A stretch of 64,000 nt of DNA, from positions 21,762,001 to 21,826,000 of the forward strand of contig NC_043015.1 in the NCBI RefSeq assembly GCF_006345805.1, in the 5' to 3' direction. How positions within the stretch are numbered: the stretch's first letter is position 1; every line of letters starts with the position of its first letter. Below are positions 12,763 through 24,864 of the stretch, in pieces. The position numbers and the translations under genes are program-made. The notes beneath the pieces were generated by a model that was not told where the DNA came from, made no database searches, and saw only the letters and a list, made by a program, of their open reading frames with translations. The stretch is from Octopus sinensis. Taxonomy: Eukaryota.

Positions 12763-13369
12763 GACATCCCAAACATACATATTGGAGACCACCAATTACA
12801 GGAGGTGGAGAAGTTTACCTATCTTGGCTCTACCGTCACCTACAACATATCCCTTGATGCTGAACTCAATATACGCATTGGCAAGGTAGCTGCTGCGATG
12901 GCCCAACTCTCCACGGTTGCTGGCAACTGCTTCCCAATTGCTAATATTGATGTTGCAGGCCTTCATGTACTGTTGCAAAAATCTTTGTAACGTAAGAACG
13001 GTCCTCCCACAGACCTAATACCCCTAGCAAGCTTTCCGTAGAGTATGTCTTTGGGGATTCTGCCATCTTTTATACGGTTAACATGCCCAAGCCATCACAT
13101 ACGTCTTTGTGTGAGGAGTGCCAACATGCTTGGTATTCCTGCTTGCTTAACGACATCTTTGTTGGGGACATGATTCTGCCATTTAATGCGAAGGATTTTC
13201 CGGAGGCAGCGCAGGTGAAAGATGTTTAGGCATCTGACCAAGACCACGAAAATGAAAATCTAAAAGGCATGTGTACTTAGCACTCTACTGTATGGAAGTG
13301 AGACTTGGACGCCATACACACGCCAAGAGCGTCACCTAAACATCTTTCACCTGCGCTGCCTCCGGAAAA

Positions 13370-13897
13370 ACCCAGACTCTCTTCTCCCAACTGTTAAACA
13401 TAGAGGAGGATCTGTGATGACCTGGGAGGGGGTCCCTTCATGGCAGAATTAATAGTCAAGACTATTTAAGCATTTTATTTGATCAAATTCATCCTATGGT
13501 TGCCGAACTGTTTCCTGAGAGAAGCACAATATTTCAGGATGATAATCCACTAATTCACGCCGCTAAGGTCGTTACTGAACGCCACAAGGAACTTTCTAGT
13601 AAAGCTGATCATCTTATCTGGCCACCACAGTCCCCAAATCTCAGTATTATTGAACATTTACTGTGCATTTTAAAAAAACAAGTAAGGAGTCGATATCATT
13701 TTCTATCATCACTACGAGAACTGGTGATTGTTTTAGCTGAAGAATGGACAAAAATTCCTTTAGAAACAATTCAAACTTTGAACGAGTCCATACCTCATAG
13801 AATTCAAGCTGTAATTACCGTCAAAGCGGTCGTAGCCCATATTTAAATAAATTTGTTTGAAACTTTAATGTGTCTCCATTATTTTTCCCAAATCCTG
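13370..13897 (+). mobile_element. Tc1-family transposon 3' half (DD34E-type region plus 3' TIR)
   Basis: PTVKHRGGSVMTW, IFQDDNPLIH and WPPQSPNLSIIEHL are Tc1 motifs. It ends ...ATTATTTTTCCCAAATCCTG followed by TA. Confidence 0.9.
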
Positions 13898-14169
13898 TAT
13901 ATGCATATTTATAAATTTATAACTATTTAGAACATCTCTATAAGAGATGAAAGCAGTGAGAAGTAATGTTTATCGCCACTTGAAAATGGCTGTTCCGTAG
14001 GAACCGATGTTTCTACCATTTTATCCCCGTGGCTGGAATATAGTAAGGGTTCACTCATCTGCTTGCAATATATATCGAGTGCCGATTGCATCGATTTAAC
14101 TACTGGAGGATGTGTCAAACTGGGTGTCGGTTTCTGCGGAACAGCATGTTGGTGTGGCGAGAAATACTG

Positions 14170-14490
<321 letters not shown>

Positions 14491-14499
14491 GCGTGTGTA

Positions 14500-14760
14500 T
14501 AGGTTGTGTGCATACATCAATGACTGATACATCTGGACACATCTTCAAGGACGTACCTGGTATCATCGGGTGCTTCGGGTCATTCAACATCATACATCCT
14601 CATGCAGGTGACCCAGCTGGGGCTGACCAGACCCTTGATGGTCAGTTAGTTACGCCATGTCTCTCCTCTTTTTATCCATAGCCGTTTTGAAACCCTCTCT
14701 ACCGCATCGGTGGTACAGAGGATGGCCTTTCTTGTTACGCCCTCGATGCCGGGCCGCGAA
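14500..14760 (-). mobile_element. 3' end of a HERO-like (RLE-type) non-LTR element
   Basis: The minus frame gives RKAILCTTDAVERVSKRLWIKRGETW*, matching from recall the AAERASRWLWxKR-type C-terminus, followed by a short 3' UTR. Confidence 0.7.
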
Positions 14761-15339
14761 ACACTTGCATCAAACCATCACATATATGTCTACAGAATAC
14801 ATACATAAAAGTTTACGTGTGCGCTTTTTGTAGGTGCAGGTTGTATTCTCTAGATACATAACTGACAGCGTAGTGCTGTTGAAATCTTCATATTGATATG
14901 TTTCGAATCTACTCATATTTGACGTGGTAAATTCAATGTAGATATATACATAAAACCCTATTGCAGCTATTTCTTCGACAAAGATTCCTGGAACTCACGT
15001 TAGAACATCTGGTTACCGATCTATTCAAGTCATATTTCGTTTGTAGGTTTACTGTATCTAAAACATCGGGAGGTGTGATCGCTATGAGACACTGAATCAT
15101 TAATAACCGCAGGACTACAGTTTGCTGAGAATTAATTGCTGGAGAAATAGTCTTTTTGAATGGGGATCATTATCTCTTGACATGTTATGGTAAGAATACA
15201 AAACATTAATGAGATAAAAGAAATATTGATGTAACGGTATAGGTGGGTGTAAAAGTTACTGACTGGCGTGAAGCTTCGATGTTGTAACAGATTCAGTTTC
15301 GATATATGACGCGAGATCATAGCTCCAGCCAGGAATTAC

Positions 15340-17020
15340 AACCGTGTTTCGTGGTTTGCTACCACAACAGATCCTTTATAGGATCCAGTTAGCTCAAGAC
15401 ATCATCAAGAGGAACCACGTCTGGTTTCGGCCCCTACTCCTCTACCGTTTTGACGTGGCGGGGCTCCCCTTTTCGGAGGTTTCTTCAGCTCAGGTGTTGG
15501 GTGCATGTATTCCTTTTTCTTCTTTCTTCTGTTCCCTGGCCTCTTTAATGTATCTTCAGCGAGTGTCAGCCGCTGACTGACTGACTTGTCAAATTTAGCC
15601 CTTTAAATACGTGCCGCAAGGCTCCAGCAGGCTGCCACAGCAAGTTGTCACGTGACACTGTCTCACCTTAACTGACTAATGGAGGCGCGTAGTTTTAGCC
15701 CGCGCATTTTCTAAGCGACCGTCACCTGTCAGTCAGCGAAGCTGATTCAGTGTCAGCTTATCTCACCTAATGATGTTATTTCCCGCCGGCATGTTATGAC
15801 TTTCAAGCCATTTTCGGTCTTCCCACTTCAGCCATATATAGAAGCTGGCTTTTTCGACCGCCTCCTGTACTCTCCTTATTAGTTTTCGCAGCTCGGGGCT
15901 AGAAAAAACAAATCTTCGTTTGAAAAGCGGTGTCATTTTTCTTTCAATGAAGCCTCTAGCCCCTACTGCAAGGTGATAATATTCGACATTCCATCAATGT
16001 TCTCTGCATTCTTCGATTAGCTTTTCGTACCTGTTCTCCTTTCGTTCCTTTGCATTGCCGATGTTCTCTTCCCAAGGTACTGTCATTTCTAGTAAAATTC
16101 CTATTCTCCGGTCTCTGTTCCATAGGACTAACTCTGGTCTTTTTGTTGTTAGTGGAAATATTTCTTGTCTTTCCAAGTCCGTGGCCACCTCCCAGTATCC
16201 CTTCCATCTTTCGTCTAACTCGTATACTTTACTTGTAGGCCTGGTTTTATATCCTTTTCCCTCCTTGTGGAAGAATACTTTCCTGCGCTTTTCTACTTTT
16301 GGGTACTCTCCCCTATTGTTTCTCTCGATTTTCTCCTTGAGTGCTGCGCATATGACGCCGAGGACTTGATTATGCCGCCATGTATATCTTTCTAGTGCTA
16401 GTCTGAAATTTGACAGAACATGTCTAACAGTCACTTTCTCTCCGCATCTACACTCATCGGTTGTTTATATGTTCCACCGGACTAAGTTCGCCAGGGAGGG
16501 TAGAATGTCGAATGTAAACTTGATCAGGAAGGATGTTCTTGCTTGTTCCCAAGCCCAAAGTTCCTTCCATGATATTCTGCGGTTGATCACATATTCCTCC
16601 CGTCTCAGGCACTGTCCCTATTGATTGCATTGCACCAAATGTACGTTTCGCCTTTCTTCTTCCTCCTTTCTCACTTCGTATACCACTGCCTCTTTCATCT
16701 CTTTTACACTACTCTTGCAAAATGGCCTGGAATGTGCGACCTTCGGCCGGTTCTAGCTTCTCGCGTCGCTCCGACTATATCTGCGTGCCTTAGTTATCCG
16801 ATCGCCCTGTTTACTGACTCCTCCGCCTTCCATTTCCTCCCTGTTCGTACCTTTGGAGGGTTTTCCGGATGCTCTGATCTTTTGAATACCTTAGCATCAT
16901 TACTGTGCTTGCCTTTCCTGCCTTATATTCTTCGGCGATTGATGTTATTGTTAGTTGCAGCACGGATTTTCCATATAGTGCAGTTGCCCTTGTTTTGGCG
17001 CGCTGAGTTTTTCCGGTAAT
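15340..17020 (-). mobile_element. 5'-truncated HERO-like RLE LINE (post-RT region, CCHC-like motif, restriction-like endonuclease, 3' UTR)
   Basis: VRTGRKWKAEESV..LRHADIVG; SFLIKFTFDILPS; HVLSNFRLALERYTWRHNQVL; PELVLW...LLEMTVPWEENI; C-terminus VQEAVEKASFYIWLKW. The 3' boundary at ~15340 is uncertain. Confidence 0.85.
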
Positions 17021-17346
17021 TTAGCGCGCCAAAACGAGAACATTTGAAATAGTAGCCACGAGTGTAATGGGTAGAACTGTTTTACAAATCTGACTTTGTG
17101 TGGACGTCATAGTACGCAGTCCTGCAAATTATATTCACCTTGGACGGTCGTACCGATGATCTGCGGAAAGTTACGTAAGTAAGATTGCGTAATTTGTTGA
17201 TAGTGAAACATGTATACGAATAATCCATATATTCTATTACTTTTTGTTTTGTCTTGCTCGATTACGTTTTAGTAGTTTTGCTAATTTTTTCTTCAGAACA
17301 TTTCTTGGTGATGAGACTGTAACGAATCTATTCCTAGCAGTTTCCC

Positions 17347-17431
<85 letters not shown>

Positions 17432-17552
17432 ATACTATTTTACTGAACCTTCAGTTTTTTATGTTAGACTACTGGTGTGAAATCGATGTTAATTAAATTA
17501 GTATCTAATTGCTCACCCTCATTTTAAATTTAAAATTATATATATATATATA

Positions 17553-19016
17553 CTAGCATTATGACCCATCGTTGCCTGGTCATAGTGCTAGTGCATTTAT
17601 ATATGTGTATATATATGTGTACATATTACATGTACATCTATATATATGCATCTACACATAAAATACAAAATGCAAAGTTATATCTTGATATCGCTAGTGA
17701 TAACAATACTCAAAATATATAACAGACTGGAATTGTAGGCCCGTCACTTGCAATTTCGATAAATTGTATCTTGTCCTCCCTCTTATATAGAAGTGTGGCT
17801 ACAATCCAGCCTACCTCTACTTCTGGAGGATATTTCAAATTTTTATCCGGGACGTCCTACGTCCCAGATATAAAGGTGGTAATTAAATATTTCCATTTTG
17901 CAGGTTTGAGTCGAGTACTCCCTTGTACGCTCCCTTGACTCGAACCTTGCTTCTATTGTGGCTATTTTACCGCCTCTGGTTAGATATCTTTCATAGTCGC
18001 ACCAAGACACTTTTCGATGGGGCTTTCCTCCAGGTGTTCTAATCTTTTTTTTTCTCTACAATTTATACTTTATAGACAATAGTCTTTTCTTTAATTTAAT
18101 TTTTTATTTCGTTTGGTGGTATTATCCTAGATTCACCGTCTTTGTCGGTGATCAATCCGAAATAGGTTTGTATTTCTTCCATTTTAATTTTACTGAGTTC
18201 GCGCCCGCGGACGACTGCAGTGAAATTCATTTTGGGACTTTCTTCTATCGAAGGCATTCTAGCAAAAATGCTTCCGTGTAAACGGTGTAAATAGTGTCAA
18301 TTTCCTCAAAAAGGGACACAATTCAGTTTTTAAACAATAACCAAAGCTCCTTCTCCCAAAGGGTTACAGTTTATAATTATTTAAGAAATGCAACACAACA
18401 ACGTCTCCCTTACGCGGAACCAACAAACGTGAAACAATAGTTAAACAGCAATAATAATAACAACAAACCTTACGGTGAATCAAAAAGCAGTACGCAGTAT
18501 AATAGTACTATGTATAATAGTCCATCTGGACTATTCCATTTCTGCACGCTAATTTTATTTTTAATTTATTCCCATTCAAGTGAAACCACTTATTCAAGTT
18601 CAAGTCATTGATGCAATTTTATACCAATTGCTAATTTTACTTTTGTTATGTTACGATTATATTATACTTTAGTTTGATTTTAATTATTACTTATTACATA
18701 TAATTCAATTATTACTATTATCTCTAATTTTTATTGTTTAAGTGAAAGTATCTGACATAAAATAGAGAAATGTTTTTGTTTCACTTTTAACACGCAATAC
18801 TGAAATAGTGGAGAAGATATGATATTGCTATGGGCTCGCCCTAGGCAAGAAGCTGAATATTTTTTGCCCATGACACTCCCTGGACCCTAAGTGAGACATG
18901 TGTAAAATTTGAATGAAATTGGTCGTGTAGTTCTTGAGAACTACACAACCAATTTCATTTAGGGAAACACACAGACAGACAGACAGACATACACACATTC
19001 TCAGTTTTATATATAT
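17553..19016 (-). mobile_element. Non-autonomous Helitron, non-coding interior
   Basis: A 3' terminal hairpin with CTAG lies at 17552-17592. A Helitron-type 5' region (TGAATGAAATTGGTCGTGTAG...CAGACAGACATACACACATTCTCAGTTTTATATATA) ends at ~19016, where a Penelope fragment begins. Confidence 0.7.
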
Positions 19017-19028
19017 ACGTCTCAACGT

Positions 19029-19703
19029 ATGGCTCACCACTTCACCCTACGTGGATACCCCCTCACCACTATCCACACCGCCCTTGCCAGAGCACGGTCC
19101 GTGGACCGTGTATATGCTCTCTCTCCCCGAACCCGCCCTGTAGTCTCCCGCCTCCCTTTTCCCCTCACTTACCACCCCACGACCCTACGTCTCCAACGCA
19201 CCATTCTTCGAGCTTTCCGTCATCTCCAGTCCGACCCGTCCACTTCACACCTCTTCCCTAACCGACCCCTCCCCTCTTTCAAACGAGCCCACAACCTTCG
19301 AGACCTTTTGGTACATAGCTCCTTCCCTGACCCTACCTCCCAACCCGGCTCGTTCCCCTGCTCCCGCCCACGTTGCCGCACTTGCCCTTACCTCTCCAAC
19401 ACCACCCGCCTCACTAGCACCCACCATCGACCCTATCCCATCATCCACTCCTTCACCTGCACCTCCAGCAATATTATCTATTGCATCTCTTGCTCTCTCT
19501 GCAATTCCTTGTACATCGGACAAACGGGACGCCGCTTGGCTGACCGGTTCGCGGAACACCTTCGTGACATCCACCTTGCGAACGACACACCGGTCTCACG
19601 CCATTTCCGCTCCACGGTCACTCCTTGCAACACCTATCTGTGTTCGGTTTGTCCTTACACAGAGGCCATCCGGATTCCCGTTTGCGCCGTGAACAGGAAT
19701 TAA
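19029..19703 (+). pseudogene. Penelope RT C-terminal region plus GIY-YIG endonuclease
   Basis: HFTLRGYP; CSRPRCRTCPY; FTCTSSNIIYCISCSLCNSLYIGQTGRRLADRFAEHLRDI. The C-terminus is frameshifted. Confidence 0.9.
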
Positions 19704-20620
19704 TCTTCTCTCTTCGCTCTTATACGCCATTTGGTCTCAACTCTCCCCCCCTCCTCATCTAACCCCCCTCCCCACCTCCTCACCTATCCTTTCTCCCCCC
19801 GACCTCTACTTCTTCAGTCCTTCATCCTTTCACCCCTACTCGCCTTCCCTTCTTCCCTCTTTCTCCCTCCCTCTTCCCCTTCCTCTGCTCCCTCACTCCC
19901 TCTTTCCCCCCCTTCCTTTCCCCTCCTTCATCCCCCTCCTCCCCCTCCTTCTCCCCCTTCCTCTCCTCTTCCCCTTCTCCTCCCCCTCTTCTTCCCCTCC
20001 CTTTCTCTCCCCCCCTCCTCTTCCCCTCCCCCTCTTCTCCCCCCCCTCTCTCCCCCTCCCTCTCTTCTCCTCACTACACCACATGACTTTACACATCACA
20101 TCACATATGATGTGCCATACTAATACACACACCAACTAATACATACTAATACGTACTAATACATACTAGTACATACTAATACTTACACCAACCCTATACA
20201 TACACACGTCCAGACCCCGCATACGCACTTATACTCTCTCACACACACACACATACCTATACATACCAATACGTACTAATACATACTAATACATACTAAT
20301 ACATACACCAACCCCATACATACGCATGTCCAGACCAATCTTACGCACTAATACTCTCTCATACACACACACACACACACACACACCCTTATACATACTA
20401 ATACATACACCAACCCTATACATACACACATCCAGACCCTCCCACGCACTTTTAGCTGGTCCCTCAACCCATTTATCAACCCTATTATCTCCCCTTATTT
20501 CGCTCTCGCATCTCATGTTTGATCTTTGACCTCTGCCGAAATCAGATCGCCATGTTGATTCGTTAGCTACTGCACGCATTTTTTCTCTCCCTTCTTTCTG
20601 TGTTTTTCTCTCTCTGTGTA

Positions 20621-20658
20621 TCTTTCTGTTGAAGAGCGTAGGCTCGAAACGTTAAAGA
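20621..20658 (+). ncRNA. Minimal hammerhead-like motif in Penelope pLTR (atypical core)
   Basis: TCTTT-CTGTTGAA-GAGC gtag GCTC-GAAA-CG-TT-AAAGA: helix I TCTTT/AAAGA, helix II GAGC/GCTC, palindromic helix III ACGT. Confidence 0.55.
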
Positions 20659-21279
20659 CTTGTTTATTTATATTTCCTGAGCGCCATACTAATACAATTG
20701 TTCGTTTGTTTTCCACCTGCCTTCGTCTTTTGTTTATTTTCATAAAGCTTCCCGTTATATATAATATATATATATATATATTTGTGTGTGTATGTAGCTA
20801 TATATAAAGGATAGGAGTTTTCGTCAGGTTGACGCAAATGCATTCTGAATCATTTGGTATAGGTTAATGTAGTGAGGAAAGGCAAACAATTAGGTAAGAC
20901 TTGACAAGATCATTTAGTTTAATTTCATTTGGCTACTTAACCAAATTTTAAGAAAATATTCTCCGAGAGCTGTTTGTGAAATATCTCAGGTATTGGGACA
21001 TCATGTCAAACGAAGAATCCCTAAGCTGGTTACGCCGTCATCTGAGAGGTATAAGTTAGAGAGTGGAATTTTAGCGTAATGATCTGTAACGTTTTACTCC
21101 CATCAATCTTCAGTCGTTTGCGTTTCTCTCTTTAAGCACACAGCCATATTCACGCAAACCAAAATACACACACATATATGGATTTCTAGCTAGATATTTA
21201 CAGATATGGGGAAACATATAAGTAATATACGTACAAACACACACACACACATACACACACATATACCATATATATATAT

Positions 21280-21485
<206 letters not shown>

Positions 21486-22384
21486 CATACATATGAGTGT
21501 GTGTGTATGTGCATATGCACATGTCTGCAGCGGAGAAGCTTTGGGTTTACAGTTCATATATTGATGTAATGTCTTATGCATTTATCAGATTGTTACTTCA
21601 TCTCAAATACACAATCATAGTTACACATATGACTAACCAAAATATCTAATGGGAAATAATATCTGCTTATTGGCATTTAATTCTATAAAATATAATACAG
21701 ACGACGAAAAATCTATAGCGTTATGTTAAAATAGTCTAACACATTATACACTGTAGTAGTACAGTTCAAAGTTTAGATAAGACATATGTCGTAGAGCAGA
21801 TAAACACTGCTGCATCTGCCATATTTTATGTAAATCACTAATTTTCGTTTCTGTGTCTCATAAATTGGCATGTTTGTCATATGTAGGTGTATGGTGCTTG
21901 CCTGGCTTTCAGCACATTAATCTATGTTTTAAAGTCAGGTTTAACCCGCTTTAATTCTTTATGACACGGTGTTTAATTCGCAGCCAAGACAAATTTAGAT
22001 TTTGTTTGGTCGCTGAATATTCAAAAGCTAGATACTAAGATGAACATCAAGTCTAGACCTTAATATTTACATGCCCACAATGATCTTTAATTCAGCGTTT
22101 ACCCTGGGTTAGAGAGTTTCCGTCGTCACCTCAATAAATGCCACAAGGACATCGGACTGTGGTTAGGTAATCTAAAATCTTTTAACTCACTATAAGTCAA
22201 CAAAAGAAGTGTATGTTTTTATTTTTCGTGTATACATATCTATGTGTGCGCATGTATATATACATACATATATATAAATATATATACGTATGTATGTACA
22301 CACACACGCACACACACACATACACACACACACACGTACACACGCACATATATATATATATACACTTATATATATATCAGTAAC

Positions 22385-22683
22385 AATAAAGGGTGAAATT
22401 AATTAATTTGGAATAATTATTAATTACACCAAGTAGATTTCGGCATGTAAAAGCCTCATTCGAGGAAAATTTAAGTAATACTAAGCAATTAAGGGTTTAG
22501 CAACGAATTGCCTCACCACACACCGAATTTAGAAATAGCAGTCAAAGAGTTATAGCTATTCTTTCTACTAAAGAGATCTCCCTTTTAGTAGAAAGAATAG
22601 CTATAACTCTTTGACTGCTATTTCTAAATTCGGTTTGTGGTGAGGCAATTCGTTGCTAAACCCTTAATTGCTTAGTATCACTT
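22385..22683 (-). mobile_element. Penelope pLTR-like repeat with inverted partial copy (fold-back)
   Basis: Near-perfect ~105-bp inverted arms 22473-22575 and ~22580-22683 centred on AGATCT, embedded in (TA)n. A degenerate GAATGA-GGC..GCC-GAAA motif lies on the minus strand at ~22420-22465. Confidence 0.65.
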
Positions 22684-22703
22684 ATATATATATATATATA
22701 TAT

Positions 22704-22808
<105 letters not shown>

Positions 22809-22844
22809 TATATATATATAAATATATATACAGTTATATATATA

Positions 22845-23682
22845 CTAGCAGAATTGCCCGGCGTTGCTCGGGGCTGAATTGCTTGAAGTACTGTTAATGA
22901 TTGCACTGAATTATGATGATTATTCAGGCAAATATTGATATAAGCTTACGGTGGGAGATAAGGACTTAACGATCAAACGTGTGCCATTCCATTGTTTTGG
23001 GGAACCAAATTTCTGATGAGCATTATAGGGGCACCAACTTTAAGTTTGAGAAAGTGTGGTGGTAGTCCGGGGTGCTCAAAGGAATTGAGTACCTCTATTG
23101 GATAGTTGATGACGTCCTCTGGGTCAGGAGTTGTATCGATAGACTGATATACATAGACTTCCCCAGGAATGAGTTTTAGCATTTCATCATTAATATGGTG
23201 AACAGTTTTATTCCTCGGGGCCAGTATAGCCTTTTTGCCAATCCAATCCATATTCTGATAATTAGCTTGTAGATCTGGGAACACTGCATCTCTGAGATCA
23301 GAAGGCGTCTTAACAATGGTACAAATGGAATCGATGTCAATATTACCATTTTCATCTCCTGGTATTTTGCCTTCGCCAAGTGCAAGTAGGGTGTGAGGAA
23401 ATGCTGCTGATGTGATATTACGTCGCATATGAGCACGCATATTGGTGTGAAGTTTGAGAGTTACTTCCGTTTATTTAAAAAAATATGCATTAAAATGGAA
23501 AAAAATGATGGTAAATTATTTGTAAAATCATAGACTCATCGTAGACGCGCGCTAATACCCAGCAGGGCTCGATATGAATCACGACTATAAGATACCCGGA
23601 TTTGGTTAAACTGCATCGCAAAATGTGGGAGTAGTTAGGAATCTAAATCGGAGTAGACAGACACAACCTTTCTTTTATATAT
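22845..23682 (-). mobile_element. Helitron with PIF1 helicase internal fragment (ORF 22973-23440)
   Basis: CTAG at 22845 with a CCCGAGCAACGCCGGG hairpin. Translation AILAPRNKTVHHIN...YQSIDT...YPIEVLNSFEHPGLPPHFLKLKVGAPIMLIRNL. A CAGACAC...TTTTATATA-type 5' end lies near 23680. Confidence 0.88.
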
Positions 23683-24176
23683 TTGTATGGATTGAATGGT
23701 TACCTCTATGGAAATATATACACGCACATTATACATACATGTGTGTATAGATGAATATATAAATACATTTAAATATCTATATACACTTTTGGGCGATCTT
23801 TCTGTTTCTTAGAGATAACTTTAGATCTTATTTTCGTGCTAAAAAACTTTGTATGGAGTGAATGGTTACCTCTATGGAAATATATTCAGACACGTTATAC
23901 ATACATGTGTGCATAGATGAATATATAAATACATTTATATATCTATATACACTTTTGGGCGATCTCTGTGCTACTTAGAGATAACTTTAGATCTTATTTT
24001 CGTCCTAAAAAACTTTGTGCGGAGTGAATGGTTACGTGTATGGAAATATATACACACACATTATACATACATCTGTGTATAGATGAATATATAAATACAT
24101 TTAAATATCTATATACACTTTTGGGCGATCTTTCTGCTACTTGGATATATGTCTTATATTCGTCCTAAAAAACTTT
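23682..24176. repeat. Tandem array of three ~166-bp units
   Basis: The unit start TTTGT(A/G)(T/C)GGA(T/G)TGAATGGTTAC recurs at 23682, 23848 and 24014. The third unit is ~160 bp. Confidence 0.9.
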
Positions 24177-24618
24177 CCTGTCACACACTCACGCACACGC
24201 ACGCACACACACACACACACATACACACACGCACACACACACTCACACACACGCACGTTAGCTTACAATTTTATTTATATATTTGCGTGTCTATGTGTGT
24301 AAAGAGGAAGTGGCAGACTGAAAGAGTCACTAACTACAAAAAGTGAATTACTTTCATTTTATTCGTTGCACACTGTGTGTGTGCGTGTGCGTGTGGTGTA
24401 AACCACATTAAGAAAAGCATTTGACATACACACCAGAATGTGAGTTTTCTGTAAATTCTGCTTAATTGGAGTTTAAATTTTAAAAAGTGGACCTGGCAAA
24501 ACCCGATGCATTCTACTCTTAAAAATGCTAAGTAAATTGTAATTGAAGAAATCCTATATTGTAGATTTCTATAACTGACAAAGGGAGGCAGATAAAATCT
24601 GCCTTTTATAATAAGAGA
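24177..24618 (-). mobile_element. Additional Helitron-like 5' segment
   Basis: The minus strand begins A|TCTCTTATTATAAAAGGCAGATTTTATCTGCC at 24618 (5'-TC after A). I see no 3' CTAG terminus of its own before the array. Confidence 0.55.
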
Positions 24619-24864
24619 TATAAATATATATAAGTTAGATGTGTTTAAAACCTTTAAGGAATAGATATATCCAAAGGCACTCCTGGTGTAACCCTCGATC
24701 TTGTGTTCTTCTCTCTACCCCTGGCTTCTTCGTTCTGATGCTGTCTACCATTGACAACGAGGCAAAAATATAAATGTATTTTCTCCCCACCATGGGATCA
24801 GAGCATCGGATAGAATAACTTGCTTTAATAGTTTCGCTACTCTTTACTCATTTTGTAAATCCGG

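Larger units (their letters stand above)
9790..13369 (+). mobile_element. Near full-length RTE-clade LINE, inactive, with rearranged 3' end
   Basis: A GC-rich 5' UTR is followed by one interrupted ORF: APE endonuclease, linker, then RT (NNYRGISLLS, YPESQCGLRRGRSTIDM, MLFVDD, FTYLGS). There are multiple stops and frameshifts, and 12915-13230 is inverted. Confidence 0.93.
19017..20760 (+). mobile_element. 5'-truncated Penelope-like element (RT C-terminus, GIY-YIG, CT-rich linker, pLTR)
   Basis: A GIY-YIG ORF is followed by a pyrimidine-rich tract (19730-20080), short TACTAATACA tandem repeats, and a terminal repeat with a hammerhead-like motif. It ends in (TA)n. Confidence 0.88.

Noticed and set aside
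15345-15560. Hammerhead boxes (GAAA...TTGATGA, CTGAAGA) in the HERO-like 3' UTR, with similar boxes at 14530-14600
   Set aside because: No topology gives both helix I and helix II adjacent to the boxes.
17440-17500. GAAATCGAT palindromic motif as a hammerhead helix III
   Set aside because: G at the cleavage position, and no proper core or helix I.
22415-22468. Hammerhead in the 22385 pLTR (CGAATGA-GGC..GCC-GAAA)
   Set aside because: Helix II and GAAA are present, but the 5' box deviates at two invariant positions and helix I does not pair, so it is not called as an ncRNA.
23682-24176. Regularly spaced repeats as a possible CRISPR array
   Set aside because: The whole 166-bp unit is repeated with no unique spacers, there are no cas genes, and the context is eukaryotic.
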